A stretch of 64,000 bases of DNA, taken from the NCBI RefSeq assembly GCF_006345805.1, contig NC_042998.1:141670001-141734000 (forward strand). Direction: 5' to 3'. The notes under the pieces were generated by a model that was not told where the DNA came from, searched no databases, and saw only the letters and a program-made list of their open reading frames with translations. A program made the position numbers and the translations under genes. This DNA comes from Octopus sinensis. Taxonomy: Eukaryota. Below are positions 1 to 11,556 of this stretch, one piece after another. Position 1 is the stretch's first letter. Each line of letters begins with the position of its first letter.

Positions 1-69
1 CAGAAACATAACCATTGTTGCTCCCCTTTAATGTCCACTCTCTTGCATGTCAGCAGAAATTTGTGATAA

Positions 70-70
<1 letters not shown>

Positions 71-166
<96 letters not shown>
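71..166. repeat. (TA)n followed by (GA)n microsatellite
   Basis: Directly visible dinucleotide runs. Confidence 0.95.
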
Positions 167-909
167 TGTGCTGATTTTTGATATTGATCAGTTAATTGGA
201 TTTACAATGGCCAATTGATATTTTCTAAATTCTTTTTTAGGTCAGAAAGGTGGAAAAAAGATGTGAAATGAGACAGCCTGAAATGGAAGAGAACAATAAC
301 CATATGCAACAACAGTATTGCTATCTCTAAAGTCAACTATTTAGGGCTTAGCAAACAGCACAGGCTAACTTTGAGGAAAAAAAAGAAGTAATGTTATCAT
401 GTTATCCTTATTATGAATAATAAATCAATTTCCATAAAACATTGTCACAGAGGGGAAACTATCCAACTCAACAATGGAACATACACAAATGGAGGTAGTT
501 GAAATATTGCTATTGCAAGGACATAAATCAGAATCAGAGCTGCTGGAATCTAAGGTATCCAACTGAAAATATGACATACAGGATTGAATTGAATTGAATG
601 CTAATCCTTCCAGTTTAATTTAGGGCTCTATTGCACATTCTTTAGGCAATGTTTGGTCATGTGGAATGCAGTCAGGTGGTCAAAGAATATTCTGACCAAT
701 TTTCCAGTACATCTAAGCTGATGTGTAGAAGAAATACCTTGGTCCTGATCAACCCAGTTAGTAAGGCGGTAGGTTTGTTTTATCAAGAGTTATTAAAGGT
801 GAATGGAAAGAGGAAATTGATTTTGTGGCTATTTGATTGTTTTGTGCTGGTCTGGATTAAGTATGGAAGAGAAAATCTATTTGGAAAGATCTGTGTGTGA
901 GTGAGTGTA

Positions 910-1050
910 CACATACATACACACATGCCAACTTTCTGCAATCAAATCCACTCACAAGGTTTTGTTCAGCCTGGGGCTATAGTAGAAGACAATTGCCTAA
1001 GGTGCCATGCAGTTGGACTGAACCTGAAATCACCATGCAACCACATGCAT
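910..1050 (-). mobile_element. SINE family A head fragment (tRNA-derived, CORE-like)
   Basis: Reverse complement of the head seen at 1433-1580 (caaatccactcacaagg...ctatagtagaagac...aaggtgccatgcag...ggactgaacc). Confidence 0.8.
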
Positions 1051-1144
1051 ACAAACACACACACACAAATGTAAAAAGCCGGATATTTTTGTGCTTATCT
1101 GGTTATGTATTTTCAAGACTTCATTGTTAAAACAGAAACATGAT

Positions 1145-1350
1145 AAGCTGGCAGTATTGCTAGCACACTGGACAAAATGCTTAGCAGCATATCATCCATC
1201 TCTACATTCTGAGCTCAAATTCTGTCAAGATTGACTTTGCCTTTCATCCTTTTGGGCTTGATGAAATAATTATCAGTTGAACACTGTGGTCAATGTAATC
1301 AACTTGTTCCCTCTCCTAAAATTTCAGGTCTTGTGCTTATGTTAGATAGG
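1145..1350 (+). mobile_element. SINE family B (tRNA-derived)
   Basis: Degenerate A box (tggcagtattgc), B-box-like gagctcaaattc, and core gactttgcctttcatccttttgg shared with many copies in the window. Confidence 0.85.
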
Positions 1351-1432
1351 ATTTGGTTATGTATTTTGTGCTGGTCTGCATTAAGTGTGGAGGACAAAAT
1401 CTACTTGGAAAAGTGAAATAGTTGTATATATA

Positions 1433-1596
1433 GGCACAGGAGTGGTTGTGTGGTAAGTAGCTTGCTTATCAACCACATGGTTCAGTCCCACTACGTGGCA
1501 CCTTGGGCAAGTGTCTTCTACTATAGCCTTGGGCCGACCAAAGCCTTGAGTGGATTTGGTAGACGGAAACCGAAAGATGCTTGTCGTATATATATG

Positions 1597-1662
<66 letters not shown>

Positions 1663-1851
1663 TATGTATCTGTGTTTGTCCCCCCAACATCGCTTGACAA
1701 CCGATGTTGGTGTGTTTACGTCCCCGTAACTTAGCGGTTCGGCAAAAAAGACCGATAGAATAAGTACTAGGCTTACAAAGAATAAGTCCTGGGGTCGATT
1801 TGCTCGACTAAAGGCATGGCTGCAGTCAAATAACTGAAACAAGTAAAAGAG
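1433..1851 (+). mobile_element. Full-length SINE family A, tail type A1, with internal (TA)/(TG) microsatellite
   Basis: tRNA-like head (ggttcagtccc), CORE-like ggcaccttgggcaagtgtctt, internal microsatellite, 3' end gtcaaataactgaaacaagtaaaaga. Many homologues in the window. Confidence 0.9.
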
Positions 1852-2159
1852 TTGTGTGCAGGTGTCACAGAGAGTTTGTTATATTTTAAAATTTAACCCG
1901 ATGTTTTGCTTATACAGTGTTTATTTATTGTTTTAATTTGGACATTATTTACTTAGTGTTATGAAAACAACATGCTATACTACTGTATGCATTGGTTAGG
2001 AGTTTAGATATTTGTGTGAGCAGAATAATGATATCAACTGAGTATAAAGTAGTATGGACAAGTGTTCCTACAAAATTAGTTTCCAGTGGTACATTTTTAT
2101 ACATCCCACTATCATGTAAGTGGCATGACAAAAAAAACACTCAGTACTTACTGTATAGT

Positions 2160-2290
2160 CTAGCATTAGGAAGAGCATCCTGCTGTAGAAACGATACCAA
2201 AGCTGACATTGGAGATTGGAGCAGCCCAGCTGCTTGCTGGATACAATTAAACCCTCCAATCCATGGAAAACAGACATTAAATGATGATGA
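2160..2290 (+). mobile_element. RTE-type 3' tail repeat (family C) ending in (GAT)n
   Basis: gcattaggaagagcatcctgctgtagaaac...cagacattaaatgatgatgat. Similar pieces at about 2690-2820, 3150-3250, 3955-4100(-), 16505-16700(-), 34420-34610 and 36330-36505(-). Confidence 0.75.
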
Positions 2291-2369
2291 TCAACCTGTA
2301 CTCGTGTCATCAGGATTCTAACATCTGTATGTCTTTTGTCAGTCAATGTGCAGTTGTGAATGATATGAT

Positions 2370-2538
2370 GTGAAATAATGTGTTTTGTGTCAGCAATTTG
2401 GAATGTTACACAAACAAAGGTTGGAAAAGTGGTGGAATGAAGGGTTCTGAATTAAAATGACTGAATATTTCTTGGTAGCTATTTCAAGACAGAAAAATTA
2501 AAAGTTCATGCTAAGCAATCAAAGGAGGAATGTGAAGA
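2370..2538 (+). repeat. Direct repeat copy 1 (copy 2 at 5428-5621)
   Basis: tgttttgtgtcagcaatttggaatgttacacaaac...aaaggaggaatgtgaaga is nearly identical at both sites. Confidence 0.9.
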
Positions 2539-3311
2539 CTTCCTGTGTCAAATCTAAATATTTTGAATGGAATACTAAAAAAAGAGAATGGGTTTATTGA
2601 GTCAATTTCTTGACACAGTGAGACAGGCTGCACAGAGTTGCTCAACCAGCTAATATGGCAGTCAAATCTCATTTCTGCTCAACAATATGGCAGGAAGGGC
2701 ATCCAGCTGTAGAAACCATGCAAAAGCTGACACTTGAGCTTGACACAGACCAGTGACTTGTCAGATTCAGTCAAACTGTCCAACTTATGCCAGTATGGAA
2801 AACATTAATAGATGATGATGAAGATCCTAAAACTAACAAACATATTTTTGGATCTTTAAACATGAGGACATCATCATTTTTACGCCAGCTTCTCCATGTT
2901 TGCATAGGTTATACATGTCCTTTTGAACACAAAATCTCACCATCTGTTGTATTTTTTGTCATCTCTTGTATAAAATCCAACATCCTGCAATCAACCATTT
3001 CATCTTTAATCTTCCTCTTCCCCAGTTTCTATCCACTTGTACATTGAGGTACATCTTTACCTGTCTGTTTAGGACAATGATCAAGACCTTTGGAATTATG
3101 TCATGCTTAAGAAGGCCCATCAAGCTGAGCAAAATCACACTTGTGGCAGATACCAGTGTCATGCAAATGGCACCTGTGCTTGTGGCTCATAAAAGCACCC
3201 ATTACACTCTTGGAGTGGTTGGCATTAGGGAGGGCATCCTGCCATAGAAAACCAGCTGAAATTCATTATCATAGATTTGAGCATACATAAATATACAATA
3301 AATAGCATACT

Positions 3312-3314
<3 letters not shown>

Positions 3315-3390
<76 letters not shown>
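3315..3390. repeat. (GA)n microsatellite
   Basis: Pure GA run. It explains the ERER/SLSL ORFs. Confidence 0.97.
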
Positions 3391-3395
<5 letters not shown>

Positions 3396-3559
3396 GGAGA
3401 TGCAATGCCATACATTGTATATCTTTACAACCTACATTTTTATGTTGATTGATTTTGTTCCAAACAAGGATTGAAACCACTGTAGCATGAGGGACTACAA
3501 AGAAGGAAAAGAAGAAGGGCCTACAAATTCAAAAGGTGTCAATTGACAGAAAGCTTAGA

Positions 3560-3880
3560 GCACCAAATATCATAGACAAGAAGAAAAAAAAGACATTGGT
3601 AATGATTTCCAGAGAGCAGCTGTTCGAGGAAAGAAACTATTAGAATAAAAGGAAACTCAAAAAGAGAAATGATGCATTTGCAAAGAGAAATGGGTGATAA
3701 GTTTAAAGGTCTTGACAGAAGGTACTAGACCAGAAAGCTCATCATGAGCAATGACCATGGAAATACTTGTAGAGAAGACACACCAAAGATACATTTTGAT
3801 GACGAATCAAAGACATAATTTAGATGAAAGAAGAGGGTTTACCATGTTAACAGCTTGATTCTGATTTTGATCAAGCAAGG
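3560..3880 (-). mobile_element. CR1/L2-group LINE ORF2 C-terminal fragment, degraded
   Basis: Minus strand translates, with a frameshift, to RHQNVSLVCLLYKYFHGHCS/DELSGLVP...YSNSFFPRTAALWKSLP, the typical C-terminus after the RT domain. Confidence 0.75.
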
Positions 3881-4444
3881 TAAGACACACAGAGGAGGAA
3901 CCAGCCCAAAGATGACAGTGGCACTCAATGCAAAAGTCAATGTTGGTGATGCCATTCACCACCATTATTTAACATTCATATTCCTTGCTAGCAGGAGTGG
4001 GACAGTCTGACAGGATATGATGGGTTCAAAGACTAAGCCATGCTCCAGTTTCATTATCTGCTTTGGTATGGCTTCTATGGTTAGGTGCTCTTCCTATCTA
4101 GTTCATAGATATTCTCTATGAGAAATACTACTTAGGTTATGATTCTTCTTTGGTGAGGCAAAAATACAGAAGATGGTAAACTCTCATAAACAAGATTTGA
4201 ACTTGAGGTGTTGACCTCAATATTTAACTATTTCGCTTCAGTAACAATACTAATGCTCTTGGAAAAGCATGAACATGACAAATCTCATTTCCATCTCTTG
4301 TGGAAATCAATACAACTGATCACATTGATGACTAAAATCGATCAGAAGAGGTCAAGTGACTGATACTATTTATCGCGTTAGTGTACAAGACAAACAGTTT
4401 TATTTTTATTGCCTCTAAGTAGTTTAATCTCAAAACACGTTTCT

Positions 4445-4590
4445 ATCACATGGTTTACTGGGAGAGATGACGATGATGATGGTGATGATGAAAGTGATAG
4501 TAATGATGGTGGTGGTGGTGGTAGTGCTCCTAATGATGATGATGGCAATGAAAATGATGATGACAGTGATGATGAGGATACTAGAAATGA
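4445..4590. repeat. Degenerate (GAT/GGT)n trinucleotide tract
   Basis: Visible. It accounts for the Asp/Gly-rich ORF 4409-4648. Confidence 0.85.
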
Positions 4591-4938
4591 CAATATCATA
4601 ATCCATCATTGCTACTTCAGCACTTTCTCAGATTCCTGCCAATTATAACACTGAAAGTAGTATACTACTCTAAAACAGAGAGGAGGAGGAAGAAGAGAGA
4701 GAGAGAGTAGTGAAGAAGAGGAAAAACAAACTACAGAAATTCAGCACAGCTTTGTATGTGTATTAAGACATGGGGACACACACACACACCTATTCGTACT
4801 TATGTGCTGTGTATTGATTTCTATATCAGATCTTTACAGTAAATAGGTAATTAAACGAGGGGGTGGGGGAGAGAAGCAGCAGCAGGCTTTCTTCTAACAA
4901 AATAGCAGTTTGATTAGTGATCAGTTCTACAAAATGAA

Positions 4939-4994
<56 letters not shown>

Positions 4995-5427
4995 CAAAAA
5001 TGTGTTAGGTTAAGTTGAAAAAAAGAAATGAAATAAAGATCAGAAATGTGATGAGATTCTCATAAGTTAAAAAAAAAAAATAATAATAGTAAGAAAAAAA
5101 GCTGAACTAAACAGAATATGGATAATTTCTATAGTGGCTCCACTGATATATTTGGCTCTTGTGCTCAGTGCAAGAGGAAACATTGGAATTTTACTGGAAA
5201 AATTTTCTAAAGTATCTGAGATTGTGGTTTACAAAACGCCATGCAAAGATGTTAGAATTTTTTTAAAAAATGAGGAAGAGAAAGAGGGAGACAGAGATGA
5301 GTGGTGCAAGCATGGTTGTGCGGTTGAGAAGTTGAATTCTCGATTTTGTGGGCTTTTAGGTTCAGTCCCCTTGTACAGCACCTTGGATAAGTGCTTTGTA
5401 CTGGAACCCCAGACCAAAGCTTCATGA

Positions 5428-5621
5428 GTGAAATAATGTGTGATATTACATGTGTTTTGTGTCAGCAATTTGGAATGTTACACAAACAAAAGTTGGAAAA
5501 GTGGTGGAATGAAGGGTTCTGAATTAAAATGACTGAATATTTTTTGGTAGCTATTTCAAGACAGTAGTTAGGTAGAAAAGTTAAAAGTTCATGTTAAGCA
5601 ATCAAAGGAGGAATGTGAAGA
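5428..5621 (+). repeat. Direct repeat copy 2 (copy 1 at 2370-2538)
   Basis: Same sequence as 2370-2538 with two short extra segments. Confidence 0.9.
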
Positions 5622-5804
5622 TGCAAAGTGAAAGGAGCCTGTGATAGTGTGTGTGTGTGTGTGTGTGTACGTATGTGTGTTTCTTTACTTTTGTGCTCCA
5701 TGAAAGCTATTTGCTGTGAGAGCAATGAGCTGTTTGTCAATTCTGTCAACAAATCTTCAGCTCCCTTACATGCAAAATAAATCCCTTACATGCAAAATAG
5801 GCCT

Positions 5805-6200
5805 AGGTATGGATGTGTAGTTAAGAAGCTTGCTTTGCAACCACATGGCTTTGGGTTCGATCCCATTGTGAAGCACCTTGGACAAATGTTTTCTTCTACA
5901 GCCCCAGGCTGACCGATGCCTTGTGAGACAATTTGGTAGACAAACACTGAGTGGAAGCCCATCATATACATGTGTGTGTGTGTGTGTGTGTCCCTCTCTT
6001 GACAGTGTGTGATATCTATAAATGAATATCACTGTCATGCAACCAGTCTCATTCCTTTCCAGTACCTGTCTGGTCTTGTGGATATATTTATTACTTCGTT
6101 AGGGTTGGCAACAGGAAAGGCATCCAACTGTAGAAAATGTGCCTCAATAAACTCCATCTAACCCATACAAAATAGAAAATAGAAAAGTAGACATTAAAAC
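5805..6200 (+). mobile_element. SINE family A with tail type A2 (RTE-like 3' end)
   Basis: Same head as 1433, (TG)n, then ggcaacaggaaaggcatccaactgtagaaaatgtgcctcaat...gacattaaaac. Confidence 0.8.
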
Positions 6201-6455
6201 AATAGTTTCACCATTCCATAGCAAAACCGTTGTGTTACACTTTGACAATTTTTGATGTCTTGGCATCTGAAGCTGCTGGAGATATAATAGTTTGACCAAA
6301 ATAACTGGCTATTGCAATATATATATAATTTGTTGTCGCTAGCCAGTTCTTTTGGTCAAACTATCATATCTCCAGCTGCTTCAGATGCCAAGATATCAAA
6401 AATTGTCAAAGTGTAGTACAACGGTTTTGCTATGGAATGGTGAAATTATTGTTTT
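6196..6455. mobile_element. Fold-back MITE, about 116-bp inverted arms, 28-bp spacer
   Basis: 6196-6311 is the reverse complement of 6340-6455 with about 7 mismatches by eye. Confidence 0.85.
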
Positions 6456-6504
6456 CATTTTCTGAAAAAGCAACGTTTTGGATTTATGACACTTTTGCTT
6501 AATA

Positions 6505-6673
6505 GCAATGATATATATACATATGTATGAATGTATGCATGTATGTATGTATGTAAATGTGTGTGTGTATATATACATATATATGTATGTAAATATGTAT
6601 ATGTATATATATATGTATGTAAATATGTATATGTGTATATATATATATTATATATATATATATATATTATATA

Positions 6674-6711
<38 letters not shown>
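6505..6711. repeat. Compound (TATG)/(TA)n microsatellite
   Basis: Visible. Source of the IYIY ORFs. Confidence 0.95.
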
Positions 6712-6715
<4 letters not shown>

Positions 6716-6983
6716 AATATAAGAGAGTGGTCAATATATTGCTCACTCTAGCACCAGTTAATCCAAAAGGTTTCAACCACGAAGATACATGTTTCCCATG
6801 AAAGCCAGTACGACTGTTAGCTCACACGGACAGGGCAAGTAAAAAATAACAAAAATACAGATTATTTTGGGACAATTGTTTCGCTATTAATGAATTAAAT
6901 GTAATATTACTCACAAAAAAATCCATTTGTAGCTCGTCAGCCAAGACTATCTGGATGAAATTCTCTCACCCTTATTAATTAAT

Positions 6984-6990
<7 letters not shown>
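6712..6990 (-). mobile_element. Short non-coding element between two (TA)n tracts carrying a hammerhead motif (probable PLE pLTR or retrozyme-like relic)
   Basis: Complex sequence bounded by TA runs on both sides and containing a complete hammerhead core. Confidence 0.6.
6867..6944 (-). ncRNA. Minimal type-I hammerhead ribozyme
   Basis: Minus strand reads UUGG CUGACGA GCUA [43 nt] UAGC GAAA C AAUU GUC / CCAA: intact core, stem I UUGG:CCAA, stem II GCUA:UAGC, 2-bp stem III with palindromic AAUU loop, GUC cleavage triplet. Confidence 0.85.
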
Positions 6991-7017
<27 letters not shown>

Positions 7018-7496
7018 TGGCGCTAACAATTAACTCTCATGCAAACATTTCACTGCTGTTTTTTTTAATCATCCTTAAATGGGTGAGTATATGTTGACAA
7101 CACAAATTATTTTCTAAGCTTTACAATATTCAGAAATGGGAGAATTTTGTAGTTTCTAATGTAATCATGCACACGTACATGCGCGCACACACACACACAT
7201 ACACTTGTCATACATAAATGCACACAAGCCAGGCTTTATCTTAACATCAGTCAGTACATAGAGACACTTGTAGTCAATTGGAAGATGTTAGCTTAACACT
7301 TCAATATGTTTACAATGCCTATATAATTGAATGTGATGGTAGTCTTATTTTTTTCTAAATTTCTTTTTTTATTGTGCTAAGATTTCTTTTGTATCTTTTT
7401 GTAATATGCAAATGACTTACAGCACACATTAAGCAGAAGAGAACTAAATTAAAAATAACCCCCCACCCTGCAAAGAAAAACAGACAATAAGTGTTA

Positions 7497-7890
7497 GGTG
7501 CAAGCATGATTGAGTGGTTAAAAAGCTCTCTTTGCAATCATGTGGTTTCAAGTTCAGTCCCACTGCTTGGCACCTTTGACAAGTGTCTTCCTCCAACTCT
7601 GAGCCAACCAGCAAACCGATGCTATGTGAGTGAATTTGGCAGACGGAAACTGCATGGAGGCCTGTTGTATGTATGTATGTATGTATATGTGTGTGTGTGT
7701 ACATGTCCAACTACCGATTGAAAACTGTTGTTGGTTTTCATGTCCAAGTAACTGAGCAGTTTGGCAAAAAAAAAAAAAATGGATAGAATTAAGACTTTCA
7801 AAAAAAAAGCACTGGGGTTGATTTGTTTGCTTAAACCTTTAAGGCAGTGTACTAGCTTGGCTGCCATCCAATGACTGAAACAAATAAAAG
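7497..7890 (+). mobile_element. SINE family A (A1 tail)
   Basis: Head, microsatellite, and tail atgactgaaacaaataaaag. Confidence 0.85.
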
Positions 7891-9034
7891 GTAATGCTTC
7901 CATCAATTACACAATGTTTTTGCACCTACACACACACAGAGAAGTTATACACACACACACACACACACACATCAAAACTTTTATTTCTTGCAGCATGAAT
8001 TTTGGCCCTAATCCAGCTGAAAATATATGACCTACAATCTTTTATATATAGGATAAAAAGATATCAGACAATAATTTGATCTCAGCAGTTATCTGTTTTA
8101 TAGAGGAAAGGCTGGTATATGTGTGTGCATAAGCAAGCATGTATGTATGTATGTATGTATGCACAACAAATTTTTTCCAACTCATTAACATAAAACTTCA
8201 AAACTGAATAAGCTCAAATGGCCTATATACTAAACCAACAAAAGAATGCTGCTTTTAGTATTACATACATACAAACATACAAACAGGTACATGAATACAA
8301 GCACATACATACACATTTGTATGCTTATAATGCTAATAAAAAGTAGCTTGAATTCTTTCAATTTTCCACTGTAACTCAACATGTCATCACAGACAGGTAG
8401 ATGTAAAGTGATGGTGGTGGTATGGAGATGATGATGATGGTGGTAGTGGCAGTGGTGGTGATGATGACAATAATGATGATGACTGACCTAATCCAGGTTA
8501 TAAGTATTGTCACCTTTTAACTTCACCTCTGACTTCGCCAAACTTGGTTCCTTTAAATTTGTCACAAATCAGCAACTTTAACATTACCTCATTTTTTTGT
8601 TTCCTTTTAGGCTTTCACCAAAGCACAAAGCTTCAGGCATGGCTGTGTAGTTAAGAAGTCCACTTTACAAACATGTGGATTCAGGTTCAGTCCCACAGCA
8701 TGACACCTTGAGTAAGTGCCTTCAACTATAGACCCAGGTGGATTGATGCCTTGTAAGTGAACTTGGTAGACAGAAACTGTGTGGAAGCCTGCTGTATGTG
8801 TGTGTGTGTGTGCATACACATGCACAACCACTAAAATATGCATAGTAATGTCCCAATTATCCATTCATTTCATGTGTATTACTATATATATACATATATA
8901 TATACATACACACACACACACAAAACCATAAAAAAGGGAATAATTACTGAAGCAGAAATGGTTCACCAGTCCTGAACTCAAATATTTCATCCCTTATACA
9001 GATATAGCACTTGCATATCATCATCAACTCTTGG

Positions 9035-9297
9035 ACATACTGTCTTGAATCCTAGGACACAGGGCTGGATACCTGGTTTCCATGGCATATACATAACCAA
9101 GATCACCACATTCCTCCTGACTTGGATGCTAGTCCATCATAGGTTAACTCATTTACAGCTAAGTGGACTGGAACAATATGAAATGAAGTGTTTTGCTCAA
9201 GAACACAGTGCACCACCTGATCCAGTTATTAGAACCACAATCTTGTGATTGTGAGTGATTGTGAGTGCAACACCTAACCATTAGGTCACATGCCTCC
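9035..9297 (-). mobile_element. tRNA-derived SINE family D
   Basis: ggactggaacaatatgaaatgaagtgttttgctcaagaacac...cctaaccattaggtcacatgcctcc. Related copies at about 27205-27400(+), 33045-33265(-) and 33925-34190(-). Confidence 0.8.
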
Positions 9298-9710
9298 ACT
9301 AACTTTGTATACCCAGGATATGAAAGGCACTTGTTTAGGCTTGTCCCAGTTTTTAAAAAGTGGTTAATATACTGTTATCCATAATCATTTTGTAACAAAA
9401 TTATATTTTTATATCAACATCAAAGAGAGAAAAACATATAAAAACCCCACTTTTCGTTGGCAATCATTTTCTTTTGATTAACTAACACTGATTAATTATG
9501 AGACTGATGTCCATTCTGACATAAAAGTCATAATCTACATCCAACTTTTGTTTCAATGAATAAATAATATCTAATATCTGAAATAAATATCTGATTCTAT
9601 TAAGATACAAGACGACGAAAATGTAACCCCCACCAAAAAAAAACAAAAAACCTAATATAAGTAAGGGTCAAACAGTAAGAAAAACAACATATATAAACAC
9701 ACACAATATT

Positions 9711-9761
<51 letters not shown>

Positions 9762-10317
9762 CTTCAAATGTTGGCTATTTTTCCATGGGTCAAACAATTT
9801 TCTGAGGTGGATTTTCTACAGCCAGATGACCTTCCTGTTACCAATCCATAGCTGTTTCCAAGTTAATATTTTCCCCAAAACCAGACATATTTTCACAGAA
9901 AATTGGATATGAAAGACACCACTTGCATGACTAACATTAACTTATAGCCATTACATGATGTTAAGGGAAGGAGATAAGACACACACACCCATATATGAAG
10001 GGGTTCTATCAGTTTCCTTTCCCAAATCCATTCACAATGGTCAGCCAGGGGGTGTAGCAGAAAATACTTGCTTCAAGGTGTTGATTTGTGAAAAAGATAC
10101 AGGAATTATATAACCAGAACTACAATTTCATTTTGACAGTTGGAAAGTAATAAGATGACTATAGGCAACATGAACAGAATAAATTGTCATGATTAAGAAG
10201 CAAACTTTTTAATAACACAATCATGCCTATGCCTGCACACATACATGGTACTAGAGTTGCTGTGTTTCTTAGTTGATGGTCAAAGTGGAAAGTGTTGTGC
10301 AGTTCAAGCATTATATA

Positions 10318-10348
<31 letters not shown>

Positions 10349-10571
10349 ACTTCAAGAAAGTTAGGGGTTGTGAATCCAACCCACTAAGGGATATCTATCT
10401 AATATACTGCTGGTAGAATACCCAATTATTAATACACAAGTGTTTTTTATTGCATTGCAATTACATTACCTAGGGTACTAAATGGGCGGAGGTAAAGATA
10501 TATTTTACCATTAATTTATAGAGCGATAAGAAAATGGAGGAGAATAATAGGGGGTTCATCAACTTTTAGAC

Positions 10572-10911
10572 ATTATATTATGTTAACATTTATTTATTTA
10601 CTAAATTGATAATTACAATAATATACATACATATAACATATTATGCTTTACATATAAGATATAAAATATAGTAAGTAATATATAAGGATACCAGTAATTA
10701 TAAAATAACAAATATAAATATAAATTGGGAAAATAAATTAGGAAAATATTTTCCCAATTTATATTCATGTTTGTTATTTTATAATAATTACTGGTATCCT
10801 TATATATTACTATATTTTATATCGTATATGTAAAGCATAATATGTTATATGTATGTATATTATTGTAATTATCAGTTTAGTAAATAAATAAATAAGTTAA
10901 CATAATATAAT
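10572..10911. repeat. Long inverted repeat, about 165-bp arms, about 11-bp spacer
   Basis: 10572-10735 pairs with 10747-10911 with only a few substitutions and small indels. Confidence 0.9.
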
Positions 10912-10944
10912 TTTCTTATTGCTATATATATATATATATATATA

Positions 10945-10967
10945 TACACATTTAAATATTTGTTGTG

Positions 10968-11006
<39 letters not shown>

Positions 11007-11143
11007 TTAGAGACAAAACCACTATTTTGCAAATCAAACAAAGAAAGACTTAATCCAATAGATAAAACAAGTTTAATATAAATTAAATAAAATTATATAT
11101 ATATATAATATATATATATATACACATTTAAATATTTGTTGTG

Positions 11144-11184
<41 letters not shown>

Positions 11185-11278
11185 TTAGAGACAAAACCAC
11201 TATTTTGCAAATCAAACAAAGAAAGACTTAATCCAATAGATAAAACAAGTTTAATATAAATTAAATAAAATTATATAT
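10945..11278 (+). repeat. Tandem duplication, period about 177 bp, bounded by (TA)n
   Basis: cacatttaaatatttgttgtgcaaa(TA)n aatattaattagagacaaaaccact...aaataaaatt is identical in both copies apart from TA count. Confidence 0.92.
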
Positions 11279-11296
11279 ATATATATATATATATAT

Positions 11297-11470
11297 TCTT
11301 TTATTCCTTTACTTGTTTCAGTCATTTGACTGTGGCCAGGCTGGAACACCGCCTTTAGTTGAACAAATCAATCCCAGGACTTATTCTTTGTAAGCCTAGT
11401 ACTTATTCTATTGGTCTCTTGCCGAACCGCTAAGTTACAGGGATGTAAACATACCAGCACACACACACAC
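11297..11470 (-). mobile_element. SINE A1 3' half
   Basis: ttttacttgtttcagtcatttgactgtggcc...ccgaaccgctaagttac is the reverse complement of the A1 tail. Confidence 0.85.
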
Positions 11471-11556
11471 ACATGAATTTCAAATTGAGAACTTCAACAT
11501 AAATTACTCATGATGCCAGTTTCTTACAGGGAACAAACCTCAATCAAATAATTTAC

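Noticed and set aside
1433-1520. tRNA-like sequences at SINE heads
   Set aside because: A and B boxes run straight into SINE body sequence and no complete cloverleaf is present, so these are not tRNA genes.
3202-3480. ORFs with SLSL/ERER, IYIY, HTHT, poly-His or poly-Asp runs (here and throughout the track)
   Set aside because: They are translations of microsatellites and SINE interiors, with no coding signature.
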